From the IMG/VR virus record IMGVR_UViG_3300032093_000013: DNA of 64,000 bases; one strand, given 5' to 3'. The notes below the pieces were generated by a model. That model saw only the letters and a list, made by a program, of their open reading frames with translations. It ran no database searches and was not told the DNA's origin. Both the position numbers and the translations under genes were made by a program. Shown here one piece after another: positions 36,144 through 46,552 of the stretch (positions are counted from its first letter, which is position 1; each line of letters opens with the position of its first letter). Source of the DNA: a virus.

Positions 36144-37820
36144 TTAATAATCCGATATTATTTTCATATATATACCCGCAATATTACCTGATGAATAGTA
36201 ACTCGTTGCCTTTGCTTGTAATGTGAGATTATTTCCAGAACTACTTAACGACAAACTAAAACTTCCAGTGTTCCAACTACCACCAGCGTGTAATTGATTC
36301 AATAAGTTAACGCCGTAACCAGGACTAGTAGTATTAAAAGCCCATTCTTGAACATTTTTTGAAGACGCATCTCCAGACGTAACAAAAATAACTCCACTTG
36401 TATCATTAAATCTTGGAAATAAAGTATACCAAGTATTATTACACGTTACCGCTGCGGTATAACTGTGAAAACCTGACATATTTCTATATGTTAAATTTGT
36501 GCCAGATGCTATATTACCAGTATCAGTTTGATCGTTTAAGTTAGTATATACACGTACCGAAGAAGACAATACATCACCTTGTACGTGAAGTTTTTGGGTT
36601 GGATTGTCGGTTCCTATGCCAGTATTTCCACCTGGAGATATTACTGCAGCTAATCTTGGTGTTACAGTTGTATTTGCAGTAGTTGCTTGATTTGCAGTAT
36701 TGCAAGTATAAAAGTTTATATATCCACCATATGCTTGTTCGATACCACTAAATCCATATGAAGCAGTATTTGTTGCATAAAAATTATTATTACTTATTCC
36801 TCCCTCAATATAATTTAACCATCCTCTTAAGTTATAACCTATTAAATTATTATTATAACTTGAAACCTGACTAGATGATAATGCTCCATAAGTCGTCCAC
36901 AAAACTCCATTACCACCAGATACAGTGGCAATTATACTTCCTACATGTAATGCTGCTCGTGGATTTGTAAATCCTATACCAACATTACCACCCGATAAAA
37001 TCCTCATTCTTTCTGTATTGCCACCGGCTTTGAATTCAATTGCGTTTTCAGCACGAAGTTGCATATTAGTGGTGCCATCAACATCACCAAAATATCCCCG
37101 TGTTGTTCCGCTACTTTGTATAGTAAAAGAACCGTTAAACTTACTACTTCCATTAACATCTAGTTTTGCACCTGGGGATGCTGTTCCTATGCCCAAGTTA
37201 CCACCACCAGTACAAGCAAGAATATTACCACTAGTATTGCTGTTTATTAATAAATCACTACCGTCAATCTGTAAACCTCTATATCCAGAATTCGCAGTAT
37301 TTCTCGCAGCAATTCTAGAATAAGTGCTAGGACTATTGGCACCTATCATTAAACGTTCAGAACCTGCAGTTAATTCTAATTGTTCTGCTGGATTATTAGT
37401 GCCTATACCGACAGAAGAACCAGCACTAACTCGTACTCCACTCCTCGCTGTAATAACACCAACAGAATCAACGTTAGTCGTGTCTTCATAGGTCACTGTT
37501 CCAGCAACACTGACGTTTCCAGTGATTACTGCACTCGCAGCAGTAATGGCACTAACAGTGATATTTGGAGTTCCTGAAAGACCTGTTGCGTTTCCTGTTA
37601 CATTACCAGTTAAGTTTCCACTAAAAGTTGTAGCAGTGACAACACCTGTGGAATTAATATTCCGAATAGAAAGCCCTGTGGAATGTAGATCGGAACTTCC
37701 TATTGTAAAACCTGCACTATGAATCGTAACGGCACTTCCAACATTGATTTGCGAAGCCGTAACGACTCCTATGTTTATAGAACTTTGAAGAACTTCGCCA
37801 CTAATCTTTGTAAGTGCCAT
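36144..37820 (-). CDS. Tail fibre protein
   Basis: Repeated GNxGIGTxxP..LxV and ERMRI motifs. Confidence 0.8.
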   Translation of the reverse strand: MALTKISGEVLQSSINIGVVTASQINVGSAVTIHSAGFTIGSSDLHSTGLSIRNINSTGVVTATTFSGNLTGNVTGNATGLSGTPNITVSAITAASAVITGNVSVAGTVTYEDTTNVDSVGVITARSGVRVSAGSSVGIGTNNPAEQLELTAGSERLMIGANSPSTYSRIAARNTANSGYRGLQIDGSDLLINSNTSGNILACTGGGNLGIGTASPGAKLDVNGSSKFNGSFTIQSSGTTRGYFGDVDGTTNMQLRAENAIEFKAGGNTERMRILSGGNVGIGFTNPRAALHVGSIIATVSGGNGVLWTTYGALSSSQVSSYNNNLIGYNLRGWLNYIEGGISNNNFYATNTASYGFSGIEQAYGGYINFYTCNTANQATTANTTVTPRLAAVISPGGNTGIGTDNPTQKLHVQGDVLSSSVRVYTNLNDQTDTGNIASGTNLTYRNMSGFHSYTAAVTCNNTWYTLFPRFNDTSGVIFVTSGDASSKNVQEWAFNTTSPGYGVNLLNQLHAGGSWNTGSFSLSLSSSGNNLTLQAKATSYYSSGNIAGIYMKIISDY

Positions 37821-37821
37821 A

Positions 37822-38148
37822 TCAGGTCATTTCTAACAGGGTAACCGCAACATCTAAACTTCCAGCAACATCACTTTTAGCAGTTAAGGTATCCGTTGCT
37901 TCCAATACAATTTTATTACCTTGCATAAATTCTAAGGTTGATCCCTGTGGAATGGGAACGTTTCTCAAAAGACTGATATTATCTCCGACTGCTCTTGTAA
38001 TTCCAATACCAACATTAATACCCGTACCCGATACATTTGCGAGTGTAATGCCAATAATAGTTGTTGTGGTCGCAGATGGAGCAGTATAAATGCCAACAGT
38101 TGTTACACCTACACTTGCTTTAGTTTTCAATTTAAAAGCGTTCGTCAT
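37822..38148 (-). CDS. Small beta-sandwich virion adaptor
   Basis: IYTAP..I.LAN..KIVLEATD.L; paralogue of 43894-44232. Confidence 0.65.
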   Translation of the reverse strand: MTNAFKLKTKASVGVTTVGIYTAPSATTTTIIGITLANVSGTGINVGIGITRAVGDNISLLRNVPIPQGSTLEFMQGNKIVLEATDTLTAKSDVAGSLDVAVTLLEMT

Positions 38149-38153
38149 TTATA

Positions 38154-41100
38154 CTATCCGAATACAATTGAATAAATCAAAGCGTTTTCCAAAACGCTAT
38201 TACCATTAACTTTATAATCTCCTGTGATATTTATATCTCCTACTGCGTCTATCTTATAAGATGGAGACGTTGTGCCCACACCAACATTGCCAGTAATATA
38301 AACTTCTTCAAATCTAGAATTGCCAACAACATCTAAATCACTTCTAGGATTTGATGTATTAATACCAAGATTATCATTTGCTGGATTATAATATACAGAA
38401 TTCGCACCGGAGAAAATGCCAAGACTATTAAATTGAATTTGACCATTCAGTCCGGCAGCATTGGTAACAATGCCAATACCACCAGCACTCGACCAGATAA
38501 CATCCGAACCATTAGATGTAAGAACGAATCCAGAGTTTCCTGCGCTATTTGTGCTATCATAAAGACCATTACGAATACGAATGTTTCCATCAACATCAAG
38601 TTTTTGTGTCGGATTTGTGATTCCAATTCCAAAAAATCCACTTGTAGGAATAAAGGCAATCAGGGTGCTTGCAATTCCTACAGAACTGACTCCGATATTG
38701 GAGGCAAATGTTGGATATACTGGATTAGCACTAATTGGTTGCGCCTCAACAGTGAATGCAGTAACACCAAAGAGATTACTACCATCACCATAGTAAACAA
38801 CTGTTGTAACACCTGGATTTGATGAAGTTACGATACCCGACGAAGTAATCTTAACCTTGTCAAGTATTGTTTCGCCAACGACATGTAACCTTGATTGTGG
38901 ATTTGTGATGCCAATACCAAAATAACCAGGATCTGGAATATATGCAACTTGAGTGCTTGCGATTCCTACAGAACTTACACCAGCATTAGAAGCGAATGTG
39001 GGGTATACTGGCGTTGTTACAAATGGTTGAGATTCAACCGTGAATGCTGTAACGCCAAATAGATTACTACCGTCACCATAGTAAACAACCGTTGTAACAC
39101 CAGGATTTGTTGAGGTAATAATTCCAGTTGATGTAATCTGAACTTTGCCTAATGTTGATACTCCAGAAACATTTAACTCATTAACAGAAACAAGTCCACC
39201 AATAGTGCTAGTTGAAACTCCAGCGACACCCGAATAAGTACTTACACCAGCAGTCCAAGCATAAGTCGCTATACCAGATACGTTGGCATATCCGCTGAAA
39301 GTGGAGAATCCTGTTGTATTTGAGTATCCAGAGAAGGTAGAAAATCCTGAAGAGTTTGAGTATCCAGAAAATGTTGAGAATCCAGAAGTATTAGAGTAAC
39401 CAGAGAATGTAGAATATCCAGCTACACCCGAATAAGTACTTACACCAGCAGTCCAAGCATAAGTCGCTATACCAGATATGTTGGCATAATCAGAGAAAGT
39501 AGATACTCCAGAAGCATTAGCATATCCACTAAAAGTTGATACTCCAGCAGCGTTAGCATATCCAGAGAATGTGGAGAATCCTGTTGTATCAGAGTAACCA
39601 GAGAATGTAGAATATCCAGCGACACCCGAATAAGTACTTACACCAGCAGTCCAAGCATAAGTTGCTATACCTGCATTGTTTGCATATCCACTAAAAGTTG
39701 ATACTCCAGCAGCGTTAGCATATCCAGAGAATGTAGAGAATCCTGTTGTATCAGAGTAACCAGAGAATGTGGAATATCCAGCAACTCCAGAATATGTTGA
39801 AACTCCAGCAGTCCAAGCATAAGTTGCTATACCAGAGTTATTGGCATAATCGGAGAAAGTTGCCACCCCGGCAGCATTAGCATATCCGGAGAATGTAGAG
39901 AATCCTGAAGTATTAGAATACCCAGAGAATGTAGAGAATCCTGAAGTATTAGAATACCCAGAGAAAGTTGATACTCCAGCAGCGTTAGCATATCCAGAGA
40001 ATGTGGAGAATCCTGAAGTATTAGAATACCCAGAAAATGTAGAGAATCCAGATACATGGGCATAGTTTGCTACACCTAGCAAATCTCCCACAAATGTTGG
40101 AGCAGTTACAACACCAGTAGAATTAATTTGACTGGTTCTTAGTATATTAAGAGTGCTAATTCCAGTTGAATTAATATTTGTGAGATTTGAGTGTGTACTT
40201 GTTAGCGTAGTAACAACACCAGTTACTGCATTTAAATTAGATGTATTAAGATTAGTAAATGTAGAATTGGTTACATTTAAATTTAAAACTGTTGCAATGC
40301 CAGTTACATTTAATCTTTCATTTGTAAACGCAGTTGCAAATCCAACATTAGAAGAAATATTATCAATGTATGCAAGATTACTATAAAGATTTGTAATCGT
40401 ACCAAATCCAGTATAATTTAATCTCGTGCCACTTAAATCTGTGATAATACCGGATTGCGAGAAGATGTTGTTAGAGTGAAGATTGCTAATATCGGCACCA
40501 GTAATTGTAGCAATTCCGCTCGCCAGTCTTGAAACTTGAAGAGCATCTGCATTGATTTGCTTATCGGTAATTTGTACATTACCAACTGCAAGTCTTACAT
40601 CATTTGGAACTAGTGTAGATCCAATACCGACCGCATAATTAAATAACCAGGCATCAGTGGTGCCGACTCCATAAGTTCCTGCCCTAGACCATAAAAGTTT
40701 TTTGTGTGTATTTGGAAGTGAATTAACTCCAACAGATTGAAGTGAAACTAATGGGTTTCCTTCAGTAGAAGCAATTGAGATACCACCACCATTTGCGCTA
40801 GTATCAGTTGATACATCAGCATTTATATTATTTGTTGTAATGCCAAGAACAATAGTTTTGTCAATAACAAATAAGTCTTCTGCGAGGATAACAGTTGTTG
40901 TTCCACCAATGCTTAAGTTTCCTGCGATAAAGACGTTATTATGGAATGTCGCAGTAGAATCAAAAACATCAAAGTCTCCCAAGACATCAAGACTCTGAAT
41001 TGTTGCAATACCAGTTACAGTTAAATCAGTATTTGTAAGATAATCAATTGTAGCATTTGTGGTGTCTAGAGTTGCAATGGTGCCGACACCAGTATAATTA

Positions 41101-43892
41101 AGTCTTGCACCAGAAATATCAGTTACGACACCTACACTAATATACCCATAATCAGCATTCAGATTTGTAAAATCAGAATTAGTCGAAGTAAGATTGGTGC
41201 TATTCAGAGTGGTGATTGTAGCGACACCACTTACATTCAAGAAAGTATTATTCAGATTAGCAATCGTACCTATTCCACTGTTTAGAATCGTAGCAGTAGC
41301 GACACCAACATTAATATAATCACTGGTTAAATTATTAATTGCTGCAGTATCAGTATCTAATGTTGTAATTGTGCCGACACCAGTGTAAGTAAGTCTGGTG
41401 CCAGAAATATCAGTTACAATACCGACATCAATATTGGCATTATTAGCATTCAGATTAGTAAAATCAGAATTTGTATAAGTTACATTTGTACCTGATAAGG
41501 TCGTAATGCTCGCAGTAGTTGCACCTAAAGTAGTAATTGTAGCAATACCACTAGTCAGTCTACTATTAGAAATCTCAGTGATAATACCAGTTACAATATA
41601 AGCATTATCAGCATTTAGATTAATAAAGTCTGAGTTAGTAGATACAATATTAGTGCTGTTAATTGTGGTAATTGTGCCAATACCAGTTACATTCAGTTGT
41701 GGTGTTTGTAATGTGTCGTAAACGGTAACGCCATATCCAGTGGTCTCAAATTTTTTGAAGTTGTCGTAATAAAGTTCTGCTGAACCATTTCTGTTAAAGT
41801 AAGCAGCAGTTTCTGTATCATTAACTCTTATAGCAACATCATCCCAGTTTGATATACTTAATAGTCCCTGATTATTTGTATATCCAATTCCAGCAGTAAA
41901 TGCACCATCAACGACTCTGTATAGTGTGGTCGGACCGAAAGCATTAATTACAAATCCACCAGTAGAAGTTGTAACGTCAGTAATTGTAAGATTATCATTA
42001 ACATTGACCGTTCCACCATTAGAATCAAGTGTTAAATTACCAGTGACGGTATCAATTGTATTATCATTTGTAATTCCAATTTGAATATTATCAATCGTAG
42101 CTCCGCCGTTCGCATCAATCGCACCAGCAAATGTGGAAATACCGGAAACATTTAGATTGGTTAGATTAGTCTGAGTGCTATTCAGTGTGGCAATCGTACC
42201 AACACCAGTATAATTCAGATTTGTACCACTAATATTAGTTACAATTCCACTATTAATATAAGCATTAGTAGAATATAATGTGGCAATACTACCAATACCA
42301 CTGTTCAGAAGATTATTGGTTAGATTATTAATCGTACCAGTTGAGCTATTCAGAGTGGTGATTGTAGCGATACCACTTGAAAGTCTTGTGTTGGTTAAAT
42401 CAGTTACGACACCAACATTAATATAACCATTCGATGCATAAAGGTTGGTAATCGTACTGGTGCCAACAACTTCTCTAGTAACATCTAGATTTGTAATTGT
42501 ACCAACACCAGTATAATTCAGATTTGTACCAGAAATATCGGTTACAATTCCACTATTAATATAAGCATTGGTAGAATATAATGTAGCGATACTACCAATA
42601 CCACTATTCAGAAGATTATTAGTTAGATTATTAATATTACCAGTCGAACTATTCAGAGTAGTAATTGTAGCGATACCACTCGTAAGTCTGGTGTTTGTAA
42701 TATCAGTAATTACACCAACATTAATATTAGCAGTTGGTGAATATAAAGTCGCAATTGAACCAACACCACTGACATTCAGAATGGTGCTATTCAGATTATT
42801 GATTGTGCCAATACCGGTGTTTAGGATATTGACTGTACCTACACCAGTAGTATTAAAGTCGCTGATTACATTATTAATTGTACCAATACCGCTAGTCAGT
42901 CTAGTATTGGTGAGATTAGTGATTGTTGAATTAGTACTGGTAAAGGTTGTAATCGTACCCACACCAGAATTAATTTGTCCGTTGAAAGTAGTGGCTGTAA
43001 CTACACCAGTAACTAATACATCACCAATAACATGCAGAGCAGATGTTGGATTAGTTGTGCCCACTCCAACAACACCCGAAACATAAGCTCCACCAGTAAC
43101 CTGAAGTCTCTGCGATGCGGTTCCTGTTGTCGTGCCAGATCCAATGAATACAGGACCATTATTAAATGTAGAAATACCAGAAACTTGTATTTGAGAAAAT
43201 GATGTAGCTGCAGAAACAATTCGATTAATTGTTGCCGCAATTCCCGTAATGCTTGTAATTGTGGCGGCAACTCCAGTCAGGTTTGTGATGATTCCGCTGC
43301 TTACATTCAGATTAGCAATTGTTGCTGCAGTGCCAGCCAGATTTACAATCTGACCATTTGTGAATGTGACAGCAACTCCAAGCAGGTTAGTAACAATGCC
43401 ACTACTTACATTTAAATTAGTAATGGTTGCTGCAGTGCCAGCCAGATTTACAATCTGACCATTTGTGAATGTGACAGCAACTCCAAGCAGGTTAGTAACA
43501 ATGCCACTACTTACATTTAAATTAGTAATGGTTGCACCAGTACCAGCAATACTTGCAATCGTTGCAATGCCAGTAATGTTGGCATTTCTAATAGTAGTGA
43601 TGCCAGTAAAGTTTGCATTACGGGCAGTTAATTCATCAAAGACTAAATCATCAGCAACATAAAGATCACCACCAACATAAAGGTCTCCACCAGTGGTTGT
43701 GATACCACCAGCAGATGCCAGTGTGGTAACACCTGTTGTTTGAGTATCTCCAATTACATATAAACTTCTACTTCCGGCATTTGTTGTCCCAATTCCGACT
43801 TTTCCGGTAACTTGAAGTACTGTTTTACTTTCAGTACTTGAAGATATACCTACATTAAGTTGTGATTGTCTGCCGGAAAGAAACTTTGACAT
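38154..43892 (-). CDS. Giant repetitive tail-fibre protein (1912 aa)
   Basis: GIxTI beta-helix-like repeats, a 12-aa SGY..SG.STF tandem array and VGIGT fibre motifs. Confidence 0.8.
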   Translation of the reverse strand: MSKFLSGRQSQLNVGISSSTESKTVLQVTGKVGIGTTNAGSRSLYVIGDTQTTGVTTLASAGGITTTGGDLYVGGDLYVADDLVFDELTARNANFTGITTIRNANITGIATIASIAGTGATITNLNVSSGIVTNLLGVAVTFTNGQIVNLAGTAATITNLNVSSGIVTNLLGVAVTFTNGQIVNLAGTAATIANLNVSSGIITNLTGVAATITSITGIAATINRIVSAATSFSQIQVSGISTFNNGPVFIGSGTTTGTASQRLQVTGGAYVSGVVGVGTTNPTSALHVIGDVLVTGVVTATTFNGQINSGVGTITTFTSTNSTITNLTNTRLTSGIGTINNVISDFNTTGVGTVNILNTGIGTINNLNSTILNVSGVGSIATLYSPTANINVGVITDITNTRLTSGIATITTLNSSTGNINNLTNNLLNSGIGSIATLYSTNAYINSGIVTDISGTNLNYTGVGTITNLDVTREVVGTSTITNLYASNGYINVGVVTDLTNTRLSSGIATITTLNSSTGTINNLTNNLLNSGIGSIATLYSTNAYINSGIVTNISGTNLNYTGVGTIATLNSTQTNLTNLNVSGISTFAGAIDANGGATIDNIQIGITNDNTIDTVTGNLTLDSNGGTVNVNDNLTITDVTTSTGGFVINAFGPTTLYRVVDGAFTAGIGYTNNQGLLSISNWDDVAIRVNDTETAAYFNRNGSAELYYDNFKKFETTGYGVTVYDTLQTPQLNVTGIGTITTINSTNIVSTNSDFINLNADNAYIVTGIITEISNSRLTSGIATITTLGATTASITTLSGTNVTYTNSDFTNLNANNANIDVGIVTDISGTRLTYTGVGTITTLDTDTAAINNLTSDYINVGVATATILNSGIGTIANLNNTFLNVSGVATITTLNSTNLTSTNSDFTNLNADYGYISVGVVTDISGARLNYTGVGTIATLDTTNATIDYLTNTDLTVTGIATIQSLDVLGDFDVFDSTATFHNNVFIAGNLSIGGTTTVILAEDLFVIDKTIVLGITTNNINADVSTDTSANGGGISIASTEGNPLVSLQSVGVNSLPNTHKKLLWSRAGTYGVGTTDAWLFNYAVGIGSTLVPNDVRLAVGNVQITDKQINADALQVSRLASGIATITGADISNLHSNNIFSQSGIITDLSGTRLNYTGFGTITNLYSNLAYIDNISSNVGFATAFTNERLNVTGIATVLNLNVTNSTFTNLNTSNLNAVTGVVTTLTSTHSNLTNINSTGISTLNILRTSQINSTGVVTAPTFVGDLLGVANYAHVSGFSTFSGYSNTSGFSTFSGYANAAGVSTFSGYSNTSGFSTFSGYSNTSGFSTFSGYANAAGVATFSDYANNSGIATYAWTAGVSTYSGVAGYSTFSGYSDTTGFSTFSGYANAAGVSTFSGYANNAGIATYAWTAGVSTYSGVAGYSTFSGYSDTTGFSTFSGYANAAGVSTFSGYANASGVSTFSDYANISGIATYAWTAGVSTYSGVAGYSTFSGYSNTSGFSTFSGYSNSSGFSTFSGYSNTTGFSTFSGYANVSGIATYAWTAGVSTYSGVAGVSTSTIGGLVSVNELNVSGVSTLGKVQITSTGIITSTNPGVTTVVYYGDGSNLFGVTAFTVESQPFVTTPVYPTFASNAGVSSVGIASTQVAYIPDPGYFGIGITNPQSRLHVVGETILDKVKITSSGIVTSSNPGVTTVVYYGDGSNLFGVTAFTVEAQPISANPVYPTFASNIGVSSVGIASTLIAFIPTSGFFGIGITNPTQKLDVDGNIRIRNGLYDSTNSAGNSGFVLTSNGSDVIWSSAGGIGIVTNAAGLNGQIQFNSLGIFSGANSVYYNPANDNLGINTSNPRSDLDVVGNSRFEEVYITGNVGVGTTSPSYKIDAVGDINITGDYKVNGNSVLENALIYSIVFG
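39200..40075 (-). repeat. Intragenic 36-nt (12-aa) tandem repeat array
   Basis: More than 20 units such as SGYSNTSGFSTF, SGYANAAGVSTF and AWTAGVSTY, arranged in higher-order blocks. Confidence 0.9.
43321..43535. repeat. Exact 105-nt tandem duplication
   Basis: The unit starting gttgctgcagtgccagcc occurs at 43321 and 43426. Confidence 0.85.
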
Positions 43893-43893
43893 T

Positions 43894-44232
43894 TTAGTTA
43901 AGTGTTTCTAGAACGCTACCGATAAATTTAATACTTGTGCTGTCTGCAGATAATTGAATAACGTCACCAGACTCTAAAACCAATTTTCCAAATAACAAAT
44001 CTATTGAATCATTTCCTGCAACTGCCAAGTTCTTGACGATTTCTGTTGTAACTGCAATTCCCGAAACTGTTCTTTTGTGAGAAAAAGAAATCGTATGAGT
44101 TACATTATCAATATTTGCAGCTTGAGCCAGCAGCACAACACCCGAATAACCAGTCGGTGCTGTGTAAATTCCAACCGTGCTTGCAGTCGCAACTTTAGTA
44201 ATTGTCTTAAATACGTTTAATGGTAAAGCCAT
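43894..44232 (-). CDS. Small beta-sandwich virion adaptor
   Basis: IYTAPTGY..LLAQAAN..GKLVLESGD. Confidence 0.65.
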   Translation of the reverse strand: MALPLNVFKTITKVATASTVGIYTAPTGYSGVVLLAQAANIDNVTHTISFSHKRTVSGIAVTTEIVKNLAVAGNDSIDLLFGKLVLESGDVIQLSADSTSIKFIGSVLETLN

Positions 44233-44236
44233 ACTA

Positions 44237-46099
44237 TTAATCTCCTCCTAATGCTAGAATGAATGGCGTCATTGTTGAGAATAAACTTTTTGAATAAAAA
44301 GTTCCAGAAATAGTTCCTGTTGTTTGATTAATTGTCACGCCTTCACCAATTCTAAAATTACCAGATTGGTCTGTGCTGGTATAGACGACCAATCCACCGT
44401 TTTTCATATCAACCTCATTATCTTGAATTGGCACTCCACCAGCAAAAGGAAGAGCAGTTGTAATGTCTGTTCCAGATCCGATGTATTCAAAAGAATGACC
44501 AGAAGCTAAGATTCTACTTTGTTTAAAAAATGGAATCGAAACACCAGCACCGACAACATATGGCACATTTTCATTTGTTGTAATCGTGCAAACTCCTGCA
44601 GAAACTGGAGTAGATCTTTGAATCGTATAATATGAAGGTGTTAATTCTATAGTAGCAGTTGCTGTATTTATTCCAACATCCGGAGTGCTAATTGTAATTG
44701 TTGGAATTGAAGTGTATCCTCTACCACTTGAAATAATTTCAAAATCAGTTACACTTCCACCACTAATTTCTGCAACTGCTTGAGCTGCAACTCCCCAAGT
44801 TGAAACTGTGCTTGGATCTCCAATTGTAACTGTTGGGGTTGTAAGATATCCAGTTCCGCCAGATCCGACAATAATTTTTCCAACAGTATAATATAAGGTA
44901 TCAAAATAAATTACTTGCCCGTCAAATGGGCGAATGATATTTATTTTTGCGGTGCCACCAGAATTATAAGTATGAGGTAAAGTAGAAGTTCCAACATTTA
45001 CACTAAAGGTATATGTTGTCGGAGTACTCAATACAGTAAAAACATATCCATTGTTTCCACTTGGATACGTTACGATTCCCGGTCCAGAAGGGCAAGTGAA
45101 TTGAAGACCAGATATTGAAACACCCACACCAACTTCAAATCCGTGCTCATTGTTGGTGGTAATCGTTACAATACCAGTTGTATTACTATAAGTTGCATTT
45201 GTTACATTAAATGTTGGATTATTAAATGCTACTCTGAATGTGTCGGCATTAACATCGCTAGAAGTTGAAAGTATTCCAGTATATTTTCTTTGCCCAACAC
45301 CATCAGAAACTAATCCAAAATTACCAAACGAAGCATTGGAGTTTGTAAGATCGCAGGCGCCGCCAGAAGCACAATAAACAGCAATGTTTGGGCAAATTGT
45401 AAACAAAGATACTAGCTGAGCATAACCTTCATTTGTAATTGAAACACCAACTCCAGCACTATTATATTGTGTAAATGAGTCAGTAACCATGCTCTTGAGT
45501 GGTCCAAGAGCATGATTGCCATCAATCTTCATTCCAATACTATCTGGAATAAAATTAGTGCAGTTACGAATATAAGGAGATTGACTAAAATATCTTAGTG
45601 TGTCTGGATCAAATGCTACAATTGCACCACCACCCGTCGATGCCCCAGTAAATGAAACTTCTGTGATGTAATTTCCAGGAGCAACGTGAAATAAATCTCC
45701 AGGATTTTGTGGAGTGATTGAGACCTCTCTTAAACTATCACCAACAATACTAACTTGTGGGGGAAGTTTAATGGGGTTATTTTCTAGATAATATCCAGCA
45801 GCAACTTTAATAACTGATCCTGTTGTTGAGATTGCAACTGCTCCTGCGATTGTTCGCTTTGCGTCTCCAAGTTTGAGTCCTGTGTTTGTATCGCTTCCGT
45901 CTTTTGTGACATAGATAACATTTGTAACTGTTGCTCCGGCACCAACTCTGATAACCTCTGATCCGATACCTACTCTATTTCTTACAGCATAGAGTTCTGC
46001 ATCATTAATGTTATAGGCTAATTCGCCGTATTGTAGGGCTCCTTGTGCTGGTATTTTTCCAGGCACAGCAGAGCGTTTAATCCGAATCGGAGTTCCCAT
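44237..46099 (-). CDS. Virion structural / proximal fibre protein
   Basis: IRIKRSAVPGKIP..GELAYN N-terminal anchor; YV..DGSD.N.G..VGDSLR beta-helix-like region; GSGGTGY..PTVTI repeats. Confidence 0.75.
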   Translation of the reverse strand: MGTPIRIKRSAVPGKIPAQGALQYGELAYNINDAELYAVRNRVGIGSEVIRVGAGATVTNVIYVTKDGSDTNTGLKLGDAKRTIAGAVAISTTGSVIKVAAGYYLENNPIKLPPQVSIVGDSLREVSITPQNPGDLFHVAPGNYITEVSFTGASTGGGAIVAFDPDTLRYFSQSPYIRNCTNFIPDSIGMKIDGNHALGPLKSMVTDSFTQYNSAGVGVSITNEGYAQLVSLFTICPNIAVYCASGGACDLTNSNASFGNFGLVSDGVGQRKYTGILSTSSDVNADTFRVAFNNPTFNVTNATYSNTTGIVTITTNNEHGFEVGVGVSISGLQFTCPSGPGIVTYPSGNNGYVFTVLSTPTTYTFSVNVGTSTLPHTYNSGGTAKINIIRPFDGQVIYFDTLYYTVGKIIVGSGGTGYLTTPTVTIGDPSTVSTWGVAAQAVAEISGGSVTDFEIISSGRGYTSIPTITISTPDVGINTATATIELTPSYYTIQRSTPVSAGVCTITTNENVPYVVGAGVSIPFFKQSRILASGHSFEYIGSGTDITTALPFAGGVPIQDNEVDMKNGGLVVYTSTDQSGNFRIGEGVTINQTTGTISGTFYSKSLFSTMTPFILALGGD

Positions 46100-46155
46100 T
46101 TATGATATGCGGTATCTACCAGAAGAAACAGTATTTACTGCTTTCATTTATTTAT

Positions 46156-46527
46156 TCAACTTGCGTTATTCCTTCTCGGGCGATAAGCAAACAAGTTCGT
46201 CGGAGGATCTGGTTTCATCCATTCTTCAATCTTATCAAATCTTTCTTCACTATAAAAGTCTTGCTGAACGTACCACAATTTCCAGTGCTCGTGCCCTTTT
46301 GACTGGTTACAATCGTGGCAGCAACAGACTACATTTTTTGTAACGTCTAATCCACCTTTTGATTGAGGAAGAATGTGATCAATCGTGAGTTTCTCATCTG
46401 ATCCACAATAAGCACATTGATGACTCCATTCTTCTTTTATCTTTTGCCTCCACATTCGTTTCGCTTCTCCTGAACTTGTTGTTTGTAGATGAAACAAGTA
46501 CTCTGAAGGCGAACGGAGGAGATCCAT
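46156..46527 (-). CDS. HNH endonuclease
   Basis: CAYCG..LTIDHILPQSKGG..NVVCCCHDCNQSK. Confidence 0.9.
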   Translation of the reverse strand: MDLLRSPSEYLFHLQTTSSGEAKRMWRQKIKEEWSHQCAYCGSDEKLTIDHILPQSKGGLDVTKNVVCCCHDCNQSKGHEHWKLWYVQQDFYSEERFDKIEEWMKPDPPTNLFAYRPRRNNAS

Positions 46528-46552
46528 AAGCGATTGCGATTTGAATTATTTA

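Noticed and set aside
39200-40075. 36-nt periodic repeats resembling a CRISPR array
   Set aside because: They are in-frame coding repeats with synonymous variation, no unique spacers and no cas genes.
15485-46099. Diversity-generating retroelement or invertase shufflon acting on fibres
   Set aside because: No reverse transcriptase, recombinase, inverted cassettes or adenine-specific TR/VR pair was seen in this window.
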